Translations under genes and position numbers: made by a program
The notes under the pieces: model-generated
Database searches by the model: none
Seen by the model: the letters and a program-made list of their open reading frames with translations, nothing else
What the model was told of the DNA's origin: nothing
IMG/VR virus record: IMGVR_UViG_3300027806_000001
Location: 32,001-96,000 of that record
Strand: one strand, 5' to 3'
DNA: 64,000 bases
Source: a virus
Shown here: piece after piece, positions 26,190 to 34,637 of the stretch
Numbering within the stretch: the stretch's first letter is position 1
Layout of the letters: every line of letters begins with the position of its first letter

Positions 26190-28705
26190 GTCACGGTTAC
26201 CGTAGAAGGGGGAGTCCAGGCGTTGAAGCAGCCGCAAGCCATGAAGGACCCGTAGCCGGTAAGCGGATCGTAGAGGGAGTTGTCCCAGGCGAGCGGACCC
26301 ATGGACGCCAGAGGCAGCGGCGTTCCGTACACCTCGACCGACGTCGGACCGATGTAGGCCGTCGCGACGGCCCGGCAGGCGTCCACCGAACTGCACGAGC
26401 ACCCCGCAGGCCCGTTGAACTCTCCTCCGTAGCCTGTCCAGTCGGACTCCAGATTCCAGGCAGAGGAGTGCCTGCAGTAGATCTGGGAGACGGTGGTGCT
26501 GACGGGTACGACCTGAACCTCGTCCCCGGGCGCAACGCCGCTCCAGTCGCAGCAATCGGCTCCCGGAGGCAGCGACCTGTAGCGAGGTCCCCACCAGAAG
26601 TTGCCGGCAGCCGAGGCGGTCACCCTGTCGCCCAGGACCTCGTTGATCCTGGCGGCGAACGAGGAGACCCTGCCGCTGCCGTAGAACCTGCAGCCGCTGG
26701 AAAGAGTCGACGAGCCGTCGGCTATCACCACCTCGCCCTCACCGCTGGCCGAGAGCCAGTTGTCGTCGTCGGCAGGGCACGTCCTGGTTATGGTCATGGC
26801 CAGGCTGAAGGAACCCGACGGGACGGCCTGCACGAGGCGCAGGTTGGACTCGATGAGCCGCTTAGGGCAGGTGCAAGGCCAGGTGCACGGATTCGGGTTG
26901 CCCGGTTGGGCGCATATTCCGATCGAGGTGCTGGCCCGGGGAAGATCGCACGGAGGCCCCAGTCCGTTGGCGCAGCCGCACTTGGGGTGGTTGCCGAAGC
27001 ACTGGGGGTGGGACTTGTCGCCTATGGGCGTGCCGTAGAGGCAGGGAGTGCGGTAGACGTGGGGAACAGGACCAGGGGTGACGTTTGGAACGCAGGCCTG
27101 GAACCCGGCTCCGCACCACGGATAGGCTGAGGCGTCCCAGGTGACGGTGCACGAGTCGCCCAGCTGCAGGCCTCCCACGAAGACCTCCGGCCCGACCTCC
27201 CACTCGTTGGGTTCCGCGGACGGGAAGCAGTCCTTGAGCTCCCAGCCTGTGCCGACGTTCCTGGGCAGCGTTTCCGAGGCGGCAGGGCACTCGGCGTTCA
27301 ACGACAGCGAGGTGTACAGGTAGTCGCAGCCCTGGTACTGGACGAAATAGCATTTGCCGGGGTCCGGGGTGCAGACGGGACTGGGAGGCAGCGCCAGGTC
27401 GCGACGGTACTTGTCGCACATGTAGATGAACGGAGGGCAGTTCCCGGAGTCGCATCTGCGGGTGCATAGCCCGGTGCTCGGGGTGGCCTTGGGCAGTTTC
27501 CAGACCCGGCAGCAGTAGTCGCTGAACGAGGTCCAGAATCCGCCGGATAGGTCGCTGGAGGTCACGACGCGGCTGCAGGGCCTCGGAGGCTCGATCTGGG
27601 AGCCCTGGGGATTTATGTAGAACGGCCAGTTCTTGTAGTTGAAGGCTATGAACTGAGGGTTGATGGGATCCGGAACGCAGGGATTGCTCCCCGCCGCGGC
27701 CAGCAGGTTGTCCAGCTGGGTCTGGGTCAGGCAGATGTGCAGGGCGGGCGGAACGCCTGCCGGCATCTCCGGACACGGGCAGTTTCCGCACGCCCTCCAC
27801 TCGAACACGACCCTGCCGTCGAAACCGGAGGTCAGGCCTCCGTCGCCTGTTCCGCGCTGAAGGTTCTTGGAGGTGAACGGACTGGCCTGCGCGTAGCTTG
27901 AAAATCCCTCGTGAGCAAGAAAGATGTTGTTGGTGAGCGAGGAACCCCCCGTCCCGGCTCCCCCATAGGTGACGGCGCCGACGGTCCTGGTGCCGCCTCC
28001 ACCTCCGCCAGCCTGGCCACCTCCGCCTCCGCCTCCGCCTGTAGTCGATCCGCTGGCGCCCGTTCCACCTGAGCCAGGGCTGGGCAGGTTTCCAAGAGAG
28101 CCTGTGCCTCCGAAATCGATTCCGCCTGCGCCTCCGTTGGTGGTCGTGGATCCTCCGGCGACGGCGATGTCGGTGGCAGGTCTTGCCGATGCGGAGATGC
28201 CTGCGTCGCCACCGCGGGATGTCTGGGACGTCTGGCTGGTGAAGTTGGGCGACCCTGCGGCACCGCCTCCCCCGGCGACGAAGTCCGTCGAGGTGTTCAA
28301 CCTGAAGGCGCTGGCTCCGCCGCCCCACCTGGTGTTGGACGCACCCGACGCCCCTCCAAACGGAGCTCCGCCGGAGGTGTTGTCGACCGGCCCGCCCTTC
28401 GCCACCCGCACAAACATCGACGTGGCCGGAAAGGTGACCTGGCTTTCCACGTATGCCCCGGCGCCGCCAGGGTCCGTTCCGTTGCCTGCTCCTCCTGCTC
28501 CAATCAAAACCACCCTGGATACCGTTCCCGAAGGAGGGTTGCTGTCGTCGGTCGAGGCTCCGCTGGCTATGAACGTCTGCGCGTTCCCCGGATTCTGACT
28601 GTTTATGAAGAACGTCCGCTGCTGCCTGTTCCAGCAGGGGTAGGCGATGTACATCTGCTCCGGACCCCCGCAGCAGCAGGGGGCGGCCATGATGGTCTGA
28701 GGCAT
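26186..28705 (-). CDS. Receptor-binding/adhesin-like protein: ALK/LTK-type Gly-rich domain plus very Cys-rich C-terminal region
   Basis: Starts MAAPCCCGG. Contains LIGAGGAG...GGAGAYV...WGGGASAFRL...FVAGGGGAAG...GGGGGGGQAGGGGGG, followed by dozens of Cys. Confidence 0.6.
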   Translation of the reverse strand: MPQTIMAAPCCCGGPEQMYIAYPCWNRQQRTFFINSQNPGNAQTFIASGASTDDSNPPSGTVSRVVLIGAGGAGNGTDPGGAGAYVESQVTFPATSMFVRVAKGGPVDNTSGGAPFGGASGASNTRWGGGASAFRLNTSTDFVAGGGGAAGSPNFTSQTSQTSRGGDAGISASARPATDIAVAGGSTTTNGGAGGIDFGGTGSLGNLPSPGSGGTGASGSTTGGGGGGGGQAGGGGGGTRTVGAVTYGGAGTGGSSLTNNIFLAHEGFSSYAQASPFTSKNLQRGTGDGGLTSGFDGRVVFEWRACGNCPCPEMPAGVPPALHICLTQTQLDNLLAAAGSNPCVPDPINPQFIAFNYKNWPFYINPQGSQIEPPRPCSRVVTSSDLSGGFWTSFSDYCCRVWKLPKATPSTGLCTRRCDSGNCPPFIYMCDKYRRDLALPPSPVCTPDPGKCYFVQYQGCDYLYTSLSLNAECPAASETLPRNVGTGWELKDCFPSAEPNEWEVGPEVFVGGLQLGDSCTVTWDASAYPWCGAGFQACVPNVTPGPVPHVYRTPCLYGTPIGDKSHPQCFGNHPKCGCANGLGPPCDLPRASTSIGICAQPGNPNPCTWPCTCPKRLIESNLRLVQAVPSGSFSLAMTITRTCPADDDNWLSASGEGEVVIADGSSTLSSGCRFYGSGRVSSFAARINEVLGDRVTASAAGNFWWGPRYRSLPPGADCCDWSGVAPGDEVQVVPVSTTVSQIYCRHSSAWNLESDWTGYGGEFNGPAGCSCSSVDACRAVATAYIGPTSVEVYGTPLPLASMGPLAWDNSLYDPLTGYGSFMACGCFNAWTPPSTVTVT

Positions 28706-28866
28706 CAGAAGAACCTGGGAATGGCCTTCTCGGCCACGGGCGGCTGCGCTTCGGGCGCCGGGAGGCTGTCAGGAACCTGCACCTGTTCCTCTGACACGGA
28801 GGCGGTCTCCGGAGGCTGCTCCGGAACATCGACCTGATCTTCGGGATTCTGCTTCTTCTTGGCCAT
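28705..28866 (-). CDS. Small acidic Pro-rich protein, 53 aa
   Basis: My translation: MAKKKQNPEDQVDVPEQPP...KAIPRFF*. SD GAGGAG; stop overlaps the ATG at 28705. Confidence 0.55.
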   Translation of the reverse strand: MAKKKQNPEDQVDVPEQPPETASVSEEQVQVPDSLPAPEAQPPVAEKAIPRFF

Positions 28867-28885
28867 GCTGCGTCTCCTCATGACA

Positions 28886-28909
28886 AGGGCCGCACCTGCG
28901 TGCGGCCCT
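28886..28909 (-). terminator. Intergenic stem-loop
   Basis: AGGGCCGCAC-GCAG-GTGCGGCCCT, a perfect 10-bp stem with a weak U-tract. Confidence 0.45.
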
Positions 28910-28940
28910 GTGTTCGTTCAAGGCCGGAGGCCTGGTCCTG

Positions 28941-29069
28941 TCACTTCTTGTTCCACGGAAGCTTCGGCGAGATCCAGTCGTACAGCGGACGGCCTGCGAA
29001 GCCGCCGGCGATGAAGACGACGGCTGTGTAGAAGATGGTTCCGAGGATCGACGAGAAGAAGAGTTCCAT
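28941..29069 (-). CDS. Small single-TM membrane protein, 42 aa (holin-like?)
   Basis: My translation: MELFFSSILGTIFYTAVVFIAGGFAGRPLYDWISPKLPWNKK*. SD GGAGA. Confidence 0.6.
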   Translation of the reverse strand: MELFFSSILGTIFYTAVVFIAGGFAGRPLYDWISPKLPWNKK

Positions 29070-29128
29070 TGCTGTTTTCTCCAGTGAACCGGTCCGCTCC
29101 TGCCGCGCAGGCCGCGGGTGCCGGGGTG

Positions 29129-29380
29129 TCAGTTCTTTTTCTGCTCCAATGCTCGAAGACGGATCTCGAGCTCCCGATACTCCCCCTCGAGCCTGGTGAC
29201 CCTGCCGTCGGTGTTGTTCTGGCCCTGCTGGATGGTGCCCAGGATGCCCTTCAACTCCGCGATCTCCAGCTGGATCGAGGTGGCGATACGCCCCAGCTTC
29301 CAGCCGACGCCCAGGATGGCGCCAACGATCGCGACAAGGGATCCGAACTGCTCAATCGACATCGCATTGCTCCTGATCAA
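29129..29380 (-). CDS. Small TM + coiled-coil protein (holin-like)
   Basis: N-terminal TM helix LVAIVGAILGVGW followed by a heptad coiled coil ending LRALEQKKN. Confidence 0.55.
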   Translation of the reverse strand: MIRSNAMSIEQFGSLVAIVGAILGVGWKLGRIATSIQLEIAELKGILGTIQQGQNNTDGRVTRLEGEYRELEIRLRALEQKKN

Positions 29381-30063
29381 TCGAGGGTGATGACGACCGC
29401 CTGGCTCGTGAACGACGGGGTGTCTCCCTGGGAGACGGTGCGGGCGAAGCTGAGGTCGCCGTATGCCAGGATGGTGGGGATGCCGGGGCTGCCGGTGACC
29501 ATCTGCGTGGCGCTGGTCGGAACGCTAGGGTTTCCGGCCGACGCGGCGTTGGCGGTGACGCACCAGCCCCAGATGTGAATGGCGGTGCTTCCATTGAAGG
29601 TCGGGAAGGTGATCGGGCCGTTGTTGACCGCCTGACCCTTGTTGCTAACAGTGCTCAGGGTCCAGCCGTTCCAGTTTCCCGCGCCCGAGTTCATGGCGAC
29701 ATTTCCGCCGTTGGTGCCCGAAAGAGCCAGGTATTTGACGTTGGTGCAGAACTCCAAGGTGCCTGCGCTTGGCGTGGGCGTGCCGGCGGCCAGGGTGTTG
29801 GCAAGAACGTGGGTGTCGTTCAGACCAACACCTGGAGCCGGATTGCCCGTGGCCGAGGTGCTGCCGGCGATGAGGGTCATCTGATGGATGACGTTGGACG
29901 TCACCCTGGAGTAGATGCCGACGGTGTCCGCCGACGTGGTGTTGTAGATCCGCAGACTGCCGGCGGTAGCACCTCCTCCGGTGATCGGGGCAAGGCCGGT
30001 GATCGAAGCCGGAAACAGGGCCTGCATGATGTTGAGGGAGGCGGTGTTCGTCAGGGAACCCAT
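29377..30063 (-). CDS. Virion structural protein (Gp80-like tail/baseplate family)
   Basis: C-terminal NNGPITFP...ILAYGDLSFARTVSQGDTPSFTSQAVVITLD is characteristic of this family. First gene of the late block. Confidence 0.6.
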   Translation of the reverse strand: MGSLTNTASLNIMQALFPASITGLAPITGGGATAGSLRIYNTTSADTVGIYSRVTSNVIHQMTLIAGSTSATGNPAPGVGLNDTHVLANTLAAGTPTPSAGTLEFCTNVKYLALSGTNGGNVAMNSGAGNWNGWTLSTVSNKGQAVNNGPITFPTFNGSTAIHIWGWCVTANAASAGNPSVPTSATQMVTGSPGIPTILAYGDLSFARTVSQGDTPSFTSQAVVITLD

Positions 30064-30091
30064 GTGGTGTCAACTCCAGGTTTGGAACTCG

Positions 30092-30099
30092 ATTCTAGC
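30092..30099 (-). promoter_or_regulatory. Candidate late -10 element GCTAGAAT
   Basis: Intergenic, after the early-block terminator and upstream of ATG 30063. Confidence 0.5.
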
Positions 30100-30170
30100 A
30101 AAAGGTGCCCCGGCGGGCAACTGAAGGCGGACAAAGGAGAAATCAACGTGATCCAGGGACCTGACGGCTA

Positions 30171-30199
30171 AGAAAAAGGCCAGGGCCCCGAAGGGCCCC
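30171..30199 (-). terminator. Rho-independent terminator closing the early block
   Basis: GGGCCC-TTCG-GGGCCC stem with a UUCG loop, followed by TGGCCTTTTTCT. Confidence 0.7.
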
Positions 30200-30212
30200 G
30201 ACCCGGAGGAAA

Positions 30213-30587
30213 TCACGCTTTCCTGAACCCGCGCTCCCGGAGGACCCGGGCGACGGCCTCGAGGGACGCCTCGACGTTCCGCTCCATGGCCTTGCTGTCC
30301 TGCAGCTGCTTGCGCGCCGCCGCCGCCAGCACCGGGTCTTCCTGCTCCATCGCCAGGGCCACGTTGACCAGGGACAGAGATCCACTGACCTGGTTCAGCA
30401 GGGCGTAGCAGGCCAGCAGGTCGTTGAACCGCTGCAGGTACGCCCACTCGGCCGTCACCGGCCTGAGGTGCAGCTCCAGCAGGACGGTCAGCTCCGGCCG
30501 GCCCGAGACCTCCTCGATCCTTCCGTCCTTGAGGACCACGGTGCAGTCCTCCTGTGCGCCCTTGGGCAGTTTCTTCGTCCTCGGCAT
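30213..30587 (-). CDS. Hypothetical protein
   Basis: Start re-called at MPRTKKLPKG. Helical, good codon bias. Confidence 0.55.
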   Translation of the reverse strand: MPRTKKLPKGAQEDCTVVLKDGRIEEVSGRPELTVLLELHLRPVTAEWAYLQRFNDLLACYALLNQVSGSLSLVNVALAMEQEDPVLAAAARKQLQDSKAMERNVEASLEAVARVLRERGFRKA

Positions 30588-30697
30588 TCCAGCTCCAATC
30601 CGAATTCCACGATCATCTCGTCCATGTGCTCGGCCAGCGCGGCGTGCAGCCCCTCGAGATCCTCGGTCATCATAGCCCCCTTGGTTGAAAAGTCCAG

Positions 30698-31024
30698 TCA
30701 CGCGTTCGAACCCTTGGACGGCCCTCCCCGACGCAGGGCGCCGTCCGCCAGCTTCCACTTGACGAACTCCTGGATCATCCGCTCGGCCCGGACCAGATGG
30801 TCGGCCTGGGCCTGCGGCTCCAGGGCGTGGAATGGCACGAAGAGCTTCCTGAGGGGCTCGACGTACTCCTTCGCGATCACGCCCTGGTCGATCATCGAGG
30901 CCGCCCACTCGGCCCACATGCCGTGGATCTCCGCGGCGACGGTCTGCCTGAGGATGTCGTGCTGCAGCCTGTCCCGGACATGGGGATCCCTGGGGTCGTA
31001 GAGGTCCTTCGGATCATGCTTCAT
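30698..31024 (-). CDS. Hypothetical protein
   Basis: 108 aa, ATGA-coupled. Confidence 0.55.
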   Translation of the reverse strand: MKHDPKDLYDPRDPHVRDRLQHDILRQTVAAEIHGMWAEWAASMIDQGVIAKEYVEPLRKLFVPFHALEPQAQADHLVRAERMIQEFVKWKLADGALRRGGPSKGSNA

Positions 31025-31286
31025 CCGGCGATCCCCCTGCCATCCGCTGAACCGCGGCCATCGACCGCTCCGGAGTCATGCCGCCGAACGGGTCGGGCGT
31101 GGCTCCGCTGTCGGCGAACTGGTAGCCCTGCCTCTGCGGCGAGTACGAGGGAGTCCTGCCCTGCAGGCCCTCCGTCCAGATGCAGCCGCAGCACGCGCAC
31201 CTGTAGGCCCGCCGTCCATCGGTGGCCCTGCCCTTGTCGTAGGACCTGGCCCGGCACTGCCCGCAACTCCGCCTATCGCTCGTCAT
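31014..31286 (-). CDS. Small Zn-finger-like protein
   Basis: CGQC...CACCGC motif, coupled to both neighbours. Confidence 0.5.
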   Translation of the reverse strand: MTSDRRSCGQCRARSYDKGRATDGRRAYRCACCGCIWTEGLQGRTPSYSPQRQGYQFADSGATPDPFGGMTPERSMAAVQRMAGGSPDEA

Positions 31287-31851
31287 TCGTCCTCTCCTTT
31301 CGAAACGGCTTGAAGTCCTTCCCCGCCATGATCTGCCGCACCTTGGCCAGAGACACCGGGGCGTAGCCGTTGCAGTCGACCCCGACGTCCCAGGACAGAG
31401 CCTGGGGATCGTCAGGCAGCCTGCCGTGGCTGTGCCCGTACAGGTGCCAGGAGCCGTAGTGGGACTTGTTCCACCTGCGCATGGCGTAGTGGCACAGCAC
31501 CACCGGCTGCCGCCTGCCGTCGACCGTCAGGTTCCGCTCGACCAGGGGGCAGACCTCCGTGAACAGCCCGGCGAAGGCCTTGCCCCTCGAGTTGCCCGCC
31601 GGCCACGGATCGTGGTTGCCGGGCACCAGCACGATGTTTCGGCACCGGATCCTGTTCCGGTAGTCCGCGGCCTGCTCCGGCCTGAAGCAGAAGTCGCCCA
31701 GGTGGAACAGCACGTCCTCCTCCCTGACGGACCTGTTGATCGAGTCGATCAGCGCGGCGTCCATCTCCTCTGCCGACGTCCACGGCCTCGAGCAGTGCCT
31801 CAGGATGTTGGCGTGACCGAAGTGCGTGTCCGCTGTGAACCAGTAGGCCAT
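31273..31851 (-). CDS. Calcineurin-like metallophosphoesterase
   Basis: ADTHFGH, HLGDF, PGNHD, LCHY, YGHSHG motifs. Confidence 0.9.
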   Translation of the reverse strand: MAYWFTADTHFGHANILRHCSRPWTSAEEMDAALIDSINRSVREEDVLFHLGDFCFRPEQAADYRNRIRCRNIVLVPGNHDPWPAGNSRGKAFAGLFTEVCPLVERNLTVDGRRQPVVLCHYAMRRWNKSHYGSWHLYGHSHGRLPDDPQALSWDVGVDCNGYAPVSLAKVRQIMAGKDFKPFRKERTNDER

Positions 31852-31891
31852 GGGTGCAGTGTACCTCCTTCGAACCCGGCTCGAAACCGTG

Positions 31892-32012
31892 CTATTTCTT
31901 TTAAGAAATAGGCCTCGACTCCTGCGTACGTTAGATGGCCTCTATATACCTAGGGGTTCTACCTATGGGTATACCTATTAGGTTAAACAATCATCTAACG
32001 TACGCAACAGTC
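31892..32012. repeat. AT-rich intergenic element with two inverted repeats
   Basis: CTATTTCTT-TT-AAGAAATAG (31892-31911). Perfect 15-bp IR TGCGTACGTTAGATG (31923-31937) / CATCTAACGTACGCA (31992-32006) enclosing three TACCTA copies. Confidence 0.8.
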
Positions 32013-32691
32013 AGGGGGTCGCCACGACGGTCTTGGAGGTCGCCTGCAGGTACCAGTCCGGGGGCTGCGCGCCCCACTTCCAGGTGGCGAAGGGCTTGCA
32101 CTCCACGTAGAACTTCCGGTAGGCCTCCACGGGGTCGATCCCGTGGAACCGCTCCGGCATCCCCATGTAGAACGGCGTCCGCGGCCCCTTCGGGATGTTG
32201 GCCGGCGGCTCGCTCAGGTGGGACTTGATCAGCTTGCCGGCCTTGTGCGGCTTGCCGCGGCGCCGGGTGAACTCCACGGCCATCTCGAGGCCGTGCTCCG
32301 CCAGCCAGCGGTAGTTCGCGTCCGACGCCCTGGCCCAGACGGTGCAGCCGTGGTTGAGGTGGGTGGTCTTGTACAGGATCTTGTCCAGCGGGTCCGGCAG
32401 GACGAACTCGACCTTCCAGCGGCCGGTCTTGGTCAAGGTCTTGACCGGCTGGCCGGCCAGGACCCGGTGGGCCACGGACAGCATCTGCGCCGTCTCGGTG
32501 ATCATCTTGTTCACGTGCTCGTCGCAGAGGGACCGGGCGGCCTCCCTGGGATCGTCGTCGACCGCGAAGATGTTGAAGTGCATGAACTCCCGCACTTTGT
32601 CGGGATCGATCCACAGGCGGTGGAGCATGTCGCCGATGCAGATGATGGTGGTGTTGCCTGTCCCGCCCAGGAGGATGTCCGTAGGCTTCAC
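32011..32691 (-). CDS. Pyrimidine-dimer DNA glycosylase / endonuclease V family protein
   Basis: NIFAVDDDPREAARSLCDEHVNKMITETAQMLS, YKTTHLNHGCTVWAR, DPVEAYRKFY. The true start may be the internal Met (MHFNIF). Confidence 0.8.
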   Translation of the reverse strand: MKPTDILLGGTGNTTIICIGDMLHRLWIDPDKVREFMHFNIFAVDDDPREAARSLCDEHVNKMITETAQMLSVAHRVLAGQPVKTLTKTGRWKVEFVLPDPLDKILYKTTHLNHGCTVWARASDANYRWLAEHGLEMAVEFTRRRGKPHKAGKLIKSHLSEPPANIPKGPRTPFYMGMPERFHGIDPVEAYRKFYVECKPFATWKWGAQPPDWYLQATSKTVVATP

Positions 32692-33098
32692 CTCTTCCCC
32701 GCTTCCAGGATCGGCAGCCCGGCCTCCGTCGGGATGTAGATGACGGAGTTGTTGCCCTTGTCCAGATTTTCGATCCAGAGCCAGCGCAGGTAGGACTCGT
32801 TGTCCTTCAGGCTGTTACCGATGATCTTGTTGGCCTGGGCCACGCCCTCGGCCCGCTTGATCTCGGCCTGCGCCAGGTGGGTGGCGGCGTCCAGCTTGGC
32901 CTGAGCCTCGAGCACGGTGATGCGGCGGTTGCCTTCGGCCTGGGCCAGCTGAGCCTGGCCTTCCTTTTCGGCCGACCAAACGCGGTAGATTGGCGCAAAG
33001 AGCAGCCAGCCTCCGACCACCACCACAATGGCCATCAAAACGATGCCTGCCAGAAAGAGAAACGCCACTTCTGTCTTCTTATCATTGCTGTTGTACAT
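32688..33098 (-). CDS. Membrane protein, SPFH/band-7-like coiled-coil
   Basis: TM helix, then AQAEIKRAEGVAQANKIIGNSL...YLRWLWI...VIYIPTEAGLPILEA, a recurrent phage family. Confidence 0.7.
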   Translation of the reverse strand: MYNSNDKKTEVAFLFLAGIVLMAIVVVVGGWLLFAPIYRVWSAEKEGQAQLAQAEGNRRITVLEAQAKLDAATHLAQAEIKRAEGVAQANKIIGNSLKDNESYLRWLWIENLDKGNNSVIYIPTEAGLPILEAGKR

Positions 33099-33111
33099 GT
33101 TTTCATTCCTT

Positions 33112-33735
33112 TCAGAGATTCATCAGAATTCCGTCGTGCACCGCGCGGTACCGACGGTCGAGCATCGACGCGTTGACCAGGACGGACTTGCCGCGCTGGT
33201 AGTGTCCCCTGGCCTCGTGGATGTGGCCAAAGACGTGCAGCTTCGGCTGGACCCTGTCCAAGGCCCCTAGGAGCTCATTACAGCCGACCTCTTCGCCCTC
33301 TTGCGTACGGTCCCCCAGACCGAACGGCGGGCCGTGCGTGACCAGGACGTCGATCCCTGAGGGAATCAGATCCCACTTGGCCTTCAGGGCCTCGCCACGC
33401 GGCAGGTTGAACGCCCAGTCGTTGAACCACGGTTGCCAGGGCGAACCCCAGATCCTCAGACCCTCGACCGTCACTTCCTCGTCCTGCAGGTAGTGGATGC
33501 CTGCGTCCTTGAACCACTTCGTTGCCGGGTCGCCGTTTTGAAGGCAGAAGTCGTGGTTGCCGGCGATGACCACCTTGTGCGGATGCGGCAACGACTCCAG
33601 CCAGGCCACGGCCTGGGCCATCTCCGACAGTTTGCCTTCCATGGTCAGGTCCCCTGCATGGATCAGCAGGTCGCCGTCGGGCACGAACGAGCCCTCGCAT
33701 CTGTTGTGCGTATCGGAAATCAGGACCACCCTCAT
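33112..33735 (-). CDS. Metallophosphoesterase (MPPED/Rv0805-like)
   Basis: ISDTH, IHAGDLT, IAGNHD, LVTHGPP, VFGHIHE motifs. Confidence 0.9.
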   Translation of the reverse strand: MRVVLISDTHNRCEGSFVPDGDLLIHAGDLTMEGKLSEMAQAVAWLESLPHPHKVVIAGNHDFCLQNGDPATKWFKDAGIHYLQDEEVTVEGLRIWGSPWQPWFNDWAFNLPRGEALKAKWDLIPSGIDVLVTHGPPFGLGDRTQEGEEVGCNELLGALDRVQPKLHVFGHIHEARGHYQRGKSVLVNASMLDRRYRAVHDGILMNL

Positions 33736-33932
33736 TGCGACATCCCTCCGTAGTTCTTCTTCAAGTCCTCCAGCTGCCGCAGCCTGGCCAGCACGCAGTC
33801 CGTGCAGACCGTCAGCGGCTTTCCAGGTCTGGCTCGGTCAACCGGCAACCTCAGCGGCCACCTGCCGGGGTTGCCGGCAAGTTTGCAGGTCGGATCGCCG
33901 CAGTAGAAGCAGTCTCCGTCTTTGACGTCCAT
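33732..33932 (-). CDS. Small Cys-motif protein
   Basis: CFYC...C...CTDC, ATGA-coupled. Confidence 0.5.
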   Translation of the reverse strand: MDVKDGDCFYCGDPTCKLAGNPGRWPLRLPVDRARPGKPLTVCTDCVLARLRQLEDLKKNYGGMSQ

Positions 33933-34250
33933 TCAGCTTCCTCCTTGGCCGTTGCCGTAGTCGTCGCCGGTGCCGTAGCCTGTGCCCCTGCCGTCGCCAT
34001 AACCCCTGCCGTTGCCCATGCCGTAGCCCTTGCCCCCACCGCAGCCGTTGCCGTTGCTGCCGCCGTTGCCCATGCCGCCGCCCCAGCCCATGCCGCTGCC
34101 GCTATCACAGCTGCCGCCCCAGCCGTAACCTCTGCCGGTGCCTTCGCCGCCGCCAATGCCATTGCCGCTGCCGTAGCCGCTGCCATCGCCGTCGCCGTAG
34201 CCGCTGCCGTTACCCCTATGGATGTCCCTCGTTTTGTCCTTGTAGCTCAT
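33933..34250 (-). CDS. (Gly-X)n low-complexity protein
   Basis: MSYKDKTRDIHRGNGSGYGDGDG...; about every second residue is Gly. SD AAGGAGG. Confidence 0.65.
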   Translation of the reverse strand: MSYKDKTRDIHRGNGSGYGDGDGSGYGSGNGIGGGEGTGRGYGWGGSCDSGSGMGWGGGMGNGGSNGNGCGGGKGYGMGNGRGYGDGRGTGYGTGDDYGNGQGGS

Positions 34251-34637
34251 TCAATTTCCTCCTTGGCCGTTGCCGTAGCCCGCGCAGGTGCCGTAGCCTG
34301 TGCCCTTGCCCTTGCCGTCGCCTCTGCCGTGGCCGCCGCCGCAGCCGTCGCCGGAGCCGCTGCCGCCGCCGCAGCCGCCGCCGCTGCCATCCCAGCCGCT
34401 GCCCCAGCCGTAACCTCTGCCGGTGCCATCGCCGCGACCAATGCCGTACTTTAAGTTGCCTACACCGTAGCCCCTGCCGTCGCCGTAGCCGCTGTCCTGA
34501 TTGCTGCCCCAGCCTCCTCCTTTGCCGTTGCCGTCTCCGCGACCGGTGCCATTGCCGCAGCTGCCCCGGCCCTCACCTGTGCCGTTGCCGAATCCGGCGC
34601 CGCTGCCACAGCCGTAGCCACTGCCTTTGTCGCTCAT
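34251..34637 (-). CDS. (Gly-X)n low-complexity protein
   Basis: Start re-called at MSDKGSGYG (ATGA overlap, SD AAGGCAGG). Confidence 0.65.
   Translation of the reverse strand: MSDKGSGYGCGSGAGFGNGTGEGRGSCGNGTGRGDGNGKGGGWGSNQDSGYGDGRGYGVGNLKYGIGRGDGTGRGYGWGSGWDGSGGGCGGGSGSGDGCGGGHGRGDGKGKGTGYGTCAGYGNGQGGN

Noticed and set aside
28578-28605. Further TAAACA hexamers (28600; also two inside repeat protein 3 near 53080 and 53260)
   Set aside because: No -10-like box at 16 nt, and they lie inside coding sequence.
31923-32006. MITE or IS remnant
   Set aside because: There is no target-site duplication, no second copy and no transposase in the window. It was kept only as an unexplained inverted-repeat element.
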